DNA of 64,000 nt from IMG/VR virus record IMGVR_UViG_3300010376_002108, positions 1 to 64,000 of that record; one strand, 5' to 3'. Shown here piece after piece: positions 59,822-64,000 of this stretch; the first letter of the stretch is position 1; each line of letters starts with the position of its first letter. This DNA is from a virus. Lineage: Duplodnaviria; Caudoviricetes. The notes beneath the pieces were generated by a model that was not told where the DNA came from, made no database searches, and was given only the letters and a program-made list of their open reading frames with translations. The position numbers and the translations under genes are program-made.

Positions 59822-61021
59822 CTACCTGGCCAGCCGGTACAGCGTCCGCGACTCTCTGACCCGCAGCGGCAGCCCGTCCGGCCCCTTCACGTACCCGTGA
59901 ACAAACGTGGTCAGCGCCCCGCACACCCGGCACCGCTTCGACGCCCGGTCCGGGTCGGCGTGATGCCACCCGTGCGCCTCGTCGTAGGCCTCGATGTGCC
60001 GGTGATGCCCCGCCACCAGCCACCGGCACGACCAGTCCACATCCCGGTGCCCGGCCTCCGTACCGTCGGCGTGCACGGCCCGGCGCAGCGTCACCACGTG
60101 CACCTGATCGTGGCGGATCGACCGCTGAGCGCGCCGCCGCGCCCCCCGCTCCACCGGCGCGGGCTCCCTCGCCGCGATCACCGTGCCCATCAGCACGCAC
60201 AGCGCGTGAAACCAGGTCACCGAATTGTCCCCGCCGAACGGGTCCTCCCAGTCCACGTTCCGGCCGCCGGGCAGCCGCATGCCGAACGGGATAGTGAGCG
60301 ACTGGTTGAGCACCAGCGGCCCGTCCGAATGCCCGTCCGGGTAGTCGTCCGCGTCGCCTTGCAGGTGCCAGGAGCAGATCCGCAGCAGCGGCGTCACCTG
60401 GTCCGGGTGGTAGGACTCCACGACACCGGACAGGTCCGAATGCCAGGTGAGCACGCGGGTGGCGATCACCTCGCCGTTCTTGTCCTTGGCGTGGCGGGGC
60501 TTGTCCAGCCACACGAATCCCGCCGGGGCCGGCAGTTCGGCCTGGTCGATGTGCACCAGCGCGTTCGCCTCGCCCACCAGGTTTTCGTAGATGCCCGACA
60601 CCGCGTCGCACATCCCGCCGGTGACCTGGAAGGTGGCCGCGTCGAACAGGCCCCGGGCCAGCTCGCCCATGTAGGCGCGTGCCTCGTCGTCGGACTCGTG
60701 CGGGGTGTGCGGCCAGAACATGATGTCGGCTTCGCTGTCGGCCGCCTCATGGGCGTCGATCGCGCCGGCCCGGATCCGGTGCACCAGGCCCACGGTGGGC
60801 CGGGCGAGCAGGTCGTGCAGGCGCACGTGATGGTCTAGGACGGCACGCGGGGCCAGCGTCCCCGTGGTCGGCTGGGCGGCTGGTACCGGCAGGGTGGCGA
60901 TCACCTGGGCGCGGACCACCTGGCCTTGCGGGTTCATCCCGGCGGCGGGCGTGATGGACCTGGTGCTGCGCCTGCCGGTGCGGCGCTGGGCCCGCTTCTG
61001 CTTGCGGTGCTTGCTGCTCAC
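59822..61021 (-). CDS. phage hypothetical protein, 399 aa
   Basis: GFVWLDKP; C-terminal RWLVAGHHRH...FVHGYVKGPDGLPL. Confidence 0.75.
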   Translation of the reverse strand: MSSKHRKQKRAQRRTGRRSTRSITPAAGMNPQGQVVRAQVIATLPVPAAQPTTGTLAPRAVLDHHVRLHDLLARPTVGLVHRIRAGAIDAHEAADSEADIMFWPHTPHESDDEARAYMGELARGLFDAATFQVTGGMCDAVSGIYENLVGEANALVHIDQAELPAPAGFVWLDKPRHAKDKNGEVIATRVLTWHSDLSGVVESYHPDQVTPLLRICSWHLQGDADDYPDGHSDGPLVLNQSLTIPFGMRLPGGRNVDWEDPFGGDNSVTWFHALCVLMGTVIAAREPAPVERGARRRAQRSIRHDQVHVVTLRRAVHADGTEAGHRDVDWSCRWLVAGHHRHIEAYDEAHGWHHADPDRASKRCRVCGALTTFVHGYVKGPDGLPLRVRESRTLYRLAR

Positions 61022-61341
61022 GACGTGCCCCCGGTGACCGGCGAGCGGGTCTTGCCGATGGTGCGTAGCTTCTGCACCTGCCAGCGGCACACCGCCTGCT
61101 GCGGGTGCGGCACGACCCGCCAGGTGATCAGGTTGCGGGACGGCTCCCCGGTGGTGCCCGCCCGGCCGGGCAGCGCGGGCAGCACGGTGGTGCAGGTGGT
61201 GAATTCCACCTGGCCCTGGTCGCGGGCGATGCCGGCCAGGGCGCGGGCGTCGGCCAGGGCGATCTGGGCGATGGAGCGGATCGTGTCGGGCAGCAGGTCG
61301 TCGGTGGACCGCCACGTGGACACAGGGCTTCGCGCGGTCAC
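61018..61341 (-). CDS. hypothetical protein, 107 aa
   Basis: GTGA coupling at both ends. Confidence 0.55.
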   Translation of the reverse strand: MTARSPVSTWRSTDDLLPDTIRSIAQIALADARALAGIARDQGQVEFTTCTTVLPALPGRAGTTGEPSRNLITWRVVPHPQQAVCRWQVQKLRTIGKTRSPVTGGTS

Positions 61342-61499
61342 GACTGGGCCGCCTCGTCCAGCTCGGCCGCGCACGCGTCCAGCGTGTCAGCCCTGGCCCG
61401 TGCCTCACGGGGCGCGTTGCCGGTCATCTGCCCGGCGGTGTCCCGCAGCAGCTCGGCCTGCCGCCGCCAGCGGCTTGCGATCGTCTCGTACTTGTTCAT
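61338..61499 (-). CDS. small helical protein, 53 aa
   Basis: GGAGAGGAAG at 61505-61514. Confidence 0.65.
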   Translation of the reverse strand: MNKYETIASRWRRQAELLRDTAGQMTGNAPREARARADTLDACAAELDEAAQS

Positions 61500-61801
61500 C
61501 GGTGCTTCCTCTCCACGGGCAGTACCCGGCTGATCCGGTCCGGGCGGAACGCCCGGAATTCGGTCACCCCGGCCCGGCCGCCGACCACCGTCACCCACTC
61601 GCGCGGGGTGCGGCGGCGGCCACGGGGCGGGTTGACCACGTGATCCCAGAACGTGAACGTGCCGTGCTCGCCCCGGATTTTCAGCGGGGTGCCCCGGCCG
61701 ATCAGGTTCCGGCCGTGCTGGTAGGTCTGTGCTACGTGCCAGTGCGCCGGGTAGGCGTCTGCCGTCCCGGCGGTGCGGCGGGTCAATGAGCCCATCCGCA
61801 T
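61496..61801 (-). CDS. phage hypothetical protein, 101 aa
   Basis: TATAAT-N7-GGAGAGGAAG upstream; GTPLKIRGEHGTFTF..EWVTVVGG..RAFRPDRI. Confidence 0.75.
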   Translation of the reverse strand: MRMGSLTRRTAGTADAYPAHWHVAQTYQHGRNLIGRGTPLKIRGEHGTFTFWDHVVNPPRGRRRTPREWVTVVGGRAGVTEFRAFRPDRISRVLPVERKHR

Positions 61802-61857
61802 CACTTCCTCTCCACACACCATTATATCAAACGGTGAACGGGAGGCAAAACGGCTGG

Positions 61858-62223
61858 TCAGGGAGTCGGGGGCTCCAAGCCCTGAGTGGCCACCGACCCC
61901 GGCCAGCCCGTAAACCCGTACTCGTCGTCCAGCAGGTACCAGCCCTCCCCGTACGGGCCCTGCGCCATCCACACCGGGATCTCGGTCAGCGGCCGGGGAT
62001 CATGCTTGGACACCGTCCAGCCGCGAAACGATTCCAGCCCGGCAGCAGCAGGGTGGGCTTCTATCCAGCCGTGCGCGCCGGTCGTGCCCGACCCGCACAC
62101 GCTGACCCGGTTCGACGGCCGGTCATCGGAGTGGTTGTGGTTGCGGTGGTGCACCGTCTCGGCCCGGTCGCCATGCATCACGCACTTGCCGCCGTCGCGG
62201 TCGTGCACCGGGTTGTCAGGCAT
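61858..62223 (-). CDS. HNH endonuclease-like protein
   Basis: CVMHG..TVHHRN..RPSNRVSVCGSGTTGAHGWIE. Confidence 0.8.
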   Translation of the reverse strand: MPDNPVHDRDGGKCVMHGDRAETVHHRNHNHSDDRPSNRVSVCGSGTTGAHGWIEAHPAAAGLESFRGWTVSKHDPRPLTEIPVWMAQGPYGEGWYLLDDEYGFTGWPGSVATQGLEPPTP

Positions 62224-62425
62224 GACGCCGGACCCATGCGTGGTGGCAGGCCCGGACCCGCATGTGCCGGGGCAGGCTAATCGTGACGATCCGGGCCCAC
62301 GCGTCGGCGCCGAACCGAGCGCCGTGGCACGGCGGGTGGCATAGCGAGCATTCCCACCGCCAGCAGTCCTCGCCGCCGGGGCAGGCCCAGATGCGGAACG
62401 CGCGGCGTTTCATAGCGGCTGGCAC
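62216..62425 (-). CDS. Cys/His-rich hypothetical protein, 69 aa
   Basis: Fits the gap between neighbouring genes. Confidence 0.5.
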   Translation of the reverse strand: MPAAMKRRAFRIWACPGGEDCWRWECSLCHPPCHGARFGADAWARIVTISLPRHMRVRACHHAWVRRHA

Positions 62426-62859
62426 GCGCCGGTGTGCTCACGGCCCCGCCAGTGCCCTTCCGGTATCAGCACCTCATCGTCGCCCAGCTCCCGGCAGTAC
62501 AGGTAGCCGTCCGCGCCGCGCCACACGTCCAGCCGCCCCGCCGGGTCACCCGCCGACCCCCGCACGATGGGCACCTCGATCACCTGGTCGGCGGCCAGGA
62601 CCACGTTGCTGTCGGTAAACATGGCGGCGGCCTGCGCCCGGTCAAGGACCGCGTTGGCCACCAGCTCGCCGCACTTGCAGGTGCGCCAAGAGCAGGGGCA
62701 GGGCGGGTTGTCGGTGCCGCACAGCCAGCCGTGGTCAAACTTCCCCGTGGGGGAGACGAACGGGGTGCAGTGCCGGCCGGGGCGCCGGTCGCGCTTACCC
62801 GGGCACTTGTCCTTGTGTTCGGCGTGCCGGCAGCCGCCGCACCTAGCCCGGGGCGGCAT
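62410..62859 (-). CDS. Cys-rich hypothetical protein, 149 aa
   Basis: CGGC..H..C and CPCSW..CKC. Confidence 0.55.
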   Translation of the reverse strand: MPPRARCGGCRHAEHKDKCPGKRDRRPGRHCTPFVSPTGKFDHGWLCGTDNPPCPCSWRTCKCGELVANAVLDRAQAAAMFTDSNVVLAADQVIEVPIVRGSAGDPAGRLDVWRGADGYLYCRELGDDEVLIPEGHWRGREHTGACQPL

Positions 62860-63139
62860 CGGCTTTCGCCTTGCGCCGCGACTGCCCCGAGTACGCCGGG
62901 GCGTCCGGGCACGTCTGATAGTGGGTGCGGTACCGGGTGACCGCCGCGTCCACCGCCGGGGGCAGCGGCTTATCAGCGGCGACGATCACGCACAGCGCCA
63001 CGCCCCGCTGGCACCAGACGATGGCCTGCCCGTCAGCCGCGCCGGACGACTCCGGGTCGATGGGCATCCGCTTGCCCCCGGGGACGGTCAGCGCCCAGCC
63101 GATTTCAGCGCCGCAGTCCGGGCCCTTGCACCTAGTCAT
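62843..63139 (-). CDS. phage zinc-binding protein, 98 aa
   Basis: CKGPDCGAEIGW..GKRMPID..THYQTCP. Confidence 0.75.
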   Translation of the reverse strand: MTRCKGPDCGAEIGWALTVPGGKRMPIDPESSGAADGQAIVWCQRGVALCVIVAADKPLPPAVDAAVTRYRTHYQTCPDAPAYSGQSRRKAKADAAPG

Positions 63140-63530
63140 GCCCGCCGCCCTCCAGCACTTCCACCCACGAAGCGGCCATCGCCGCCACCTGGATCAGCTC
63201 TTTCACCAGTTCGTCCTTGCGGCCCTCGCCCACGCCGGGACCGCCCGCGTCGTAGGTCAGCTCATGCGCGACCTGGCCGAGCAGCCGCGACAGCCGGGCC
63301 GCCAGCAGTGCCTCCACTAGCTCAGCAGACTCGCCCACTTCCTCCGCGAGAATCGCCAGCCGTTGCGGACTGGTGTACGGGCCGAGCATCGAATGCTCGC
63401 CGTGCAGCAGGTGCGCCCTGGTGGCTTCGGCCTGGATCGCGGCCAGGGTCAGCCCAGACAGCACCATCCCCGGCGACGGCGACCCGTCAGCGTTGGTAGT
63501 CAAGTCCACGATGGGAAACTCAGGCATCAC
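63132..63530 (-). CDS. MazG-like nucleotide pyrophosphohydrolase
   Basis: LAILAEEVGESAE...KELIQVAAMAASW. Confidence 0.75.
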   Translation of the reverse strand: MMPEFPIVDLTTNADGSPSPGMVLSGLTLAAIQAEATRAHLLHGEHSMLGPYTSPQRLAILAEEVGESAELVEALLAARLSRLLGQVAHELTYDAGGPGVGEGRKDELVKELIQVAAMAASWVEVLEGGGHD

Positions 63531-64000
63531 CGCCGCCCTCCCGCTCGGCCAGCAGCCGCGCGCACTCGCCCGCCAGGGCAGCCAGCCGCTCCTGCGCGTG
63601 GCCCTCGCGGATGATTCCCATCAGCGCGTTGGCAGCCCGCTGCGCCTGCTCGGGGGTCAGGTCGGCCAGCTTGTCGATGATCACCGGCGGGTCGGTGTCG
63701 CGGTCGCGGGCGAGCATGGCGAGCACGGCCAGCCGCAGGGCCTTGGCCTTGGCGGTGCGCTGCCCGTGCCCGGCCTCGGTGAACAGCTTGATCATGTTGT
63801 CGGACAGGACGTCCACCTGCGCCTTAGCGTCGGCGGCGGCCTGCTCGGCGTGGCGGGCTTCCTCCGCCGGGGCGCCGTTGACCGGCTCGCCGTTGCCCGC
63901 CTGCGCCTGTGCCTGCGCTGCCGCGTCCAGCACCCCGGCCGCCGACCCGGGCGCGTCCTTGGCGGGGAACCGGTCGGCCACCGTGATTTCCCCCCGGGCC
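63520..64000 (-). CDS. C-terminal part of a protein running in from beyond the window
   Basis: Frame is open to the window edge (ARGEITVADRFP...). Confidence 0.6.
   Translation of the reverse strand, partial: ARGEITVADRFPAKDAPGSAAGVLDAAAQAQAQAGNGEPVNGAPAEEARHAEQAAADAKAQVDVLSDNMIKLFTEAGHGQRTAKAKALRLAVLAMLARDRDTDPPVIIDKLADLTPEQAQRAANALMGIIREGHAQERLAALAGECARLLAEREGGGDA

Noticed and set aside
1-64000. Integrase/att site, repressor cassette, reverse transcriptase/DGR, tRNA, IS elements, anti-CRISPR genes
   Set aside because: No supporting motifs were seen. Lifestyle (temperate or lytic) cannot be decided from this window, and the small early ORFs cannot be assigned anti-defence roles from sequence alone.

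Overview
The window is a continuous piece of a very GC-rich tailed phage genome (siphovirus layout, HK97-type head), most likely from an actinomycete host. No integrase, tRNA, rRNA or CRISPR array is visible. Layout: small early-type genes, mostly on the minus strand (1-5.0 kb); a divergent control region, a repeat cluster and a sharp C-rich to G-rich switch (5.0-6.6 kb); terminase, portal, prohead protease and major capsid (7.6-23.2 kb); a glycosyltransferase/methyltransferase pair plus about 7 kb of extra putative virion genes (23.7-33 kb); head-tail, tail, tape measure and tail-tip genes (33-48 kb); lysis genes (49.5-51.8 kb); a LysM-Rpf gene and a secreted GH12-like gene (52.8-54.5 kb); and a minus-strand arm of small genes with HAD, HNH and MazG-like members (54.7-64 kb). 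The most unusual feature is the 8-kb block between portal and protease. It holds three tandem, catalytically intact-looking HipA/PI3-PI4K-type kinase domains (DRHxxN...ID(N/H)S). Each kinase is followed immediately by a copy of the same ~75-80 aa domain. The proteins carry a recurring xFNPRExR...GGRWT peptide, and no MuF domain is recognisable. I interpret this, by inference, as a MuF-less polymorphic virion-effector (toxin/immunity-like) array. A second clear pattern is a dispersed expression cassette on the minus strand, -10 box (TATACT/TATAAT)-N7-GGAGAGGAAG-start, one copy of which drives an unannotated 42-aa membrane peptide inside the tail operon. All family assignments come from motifs recognised by eye; no database search was run.
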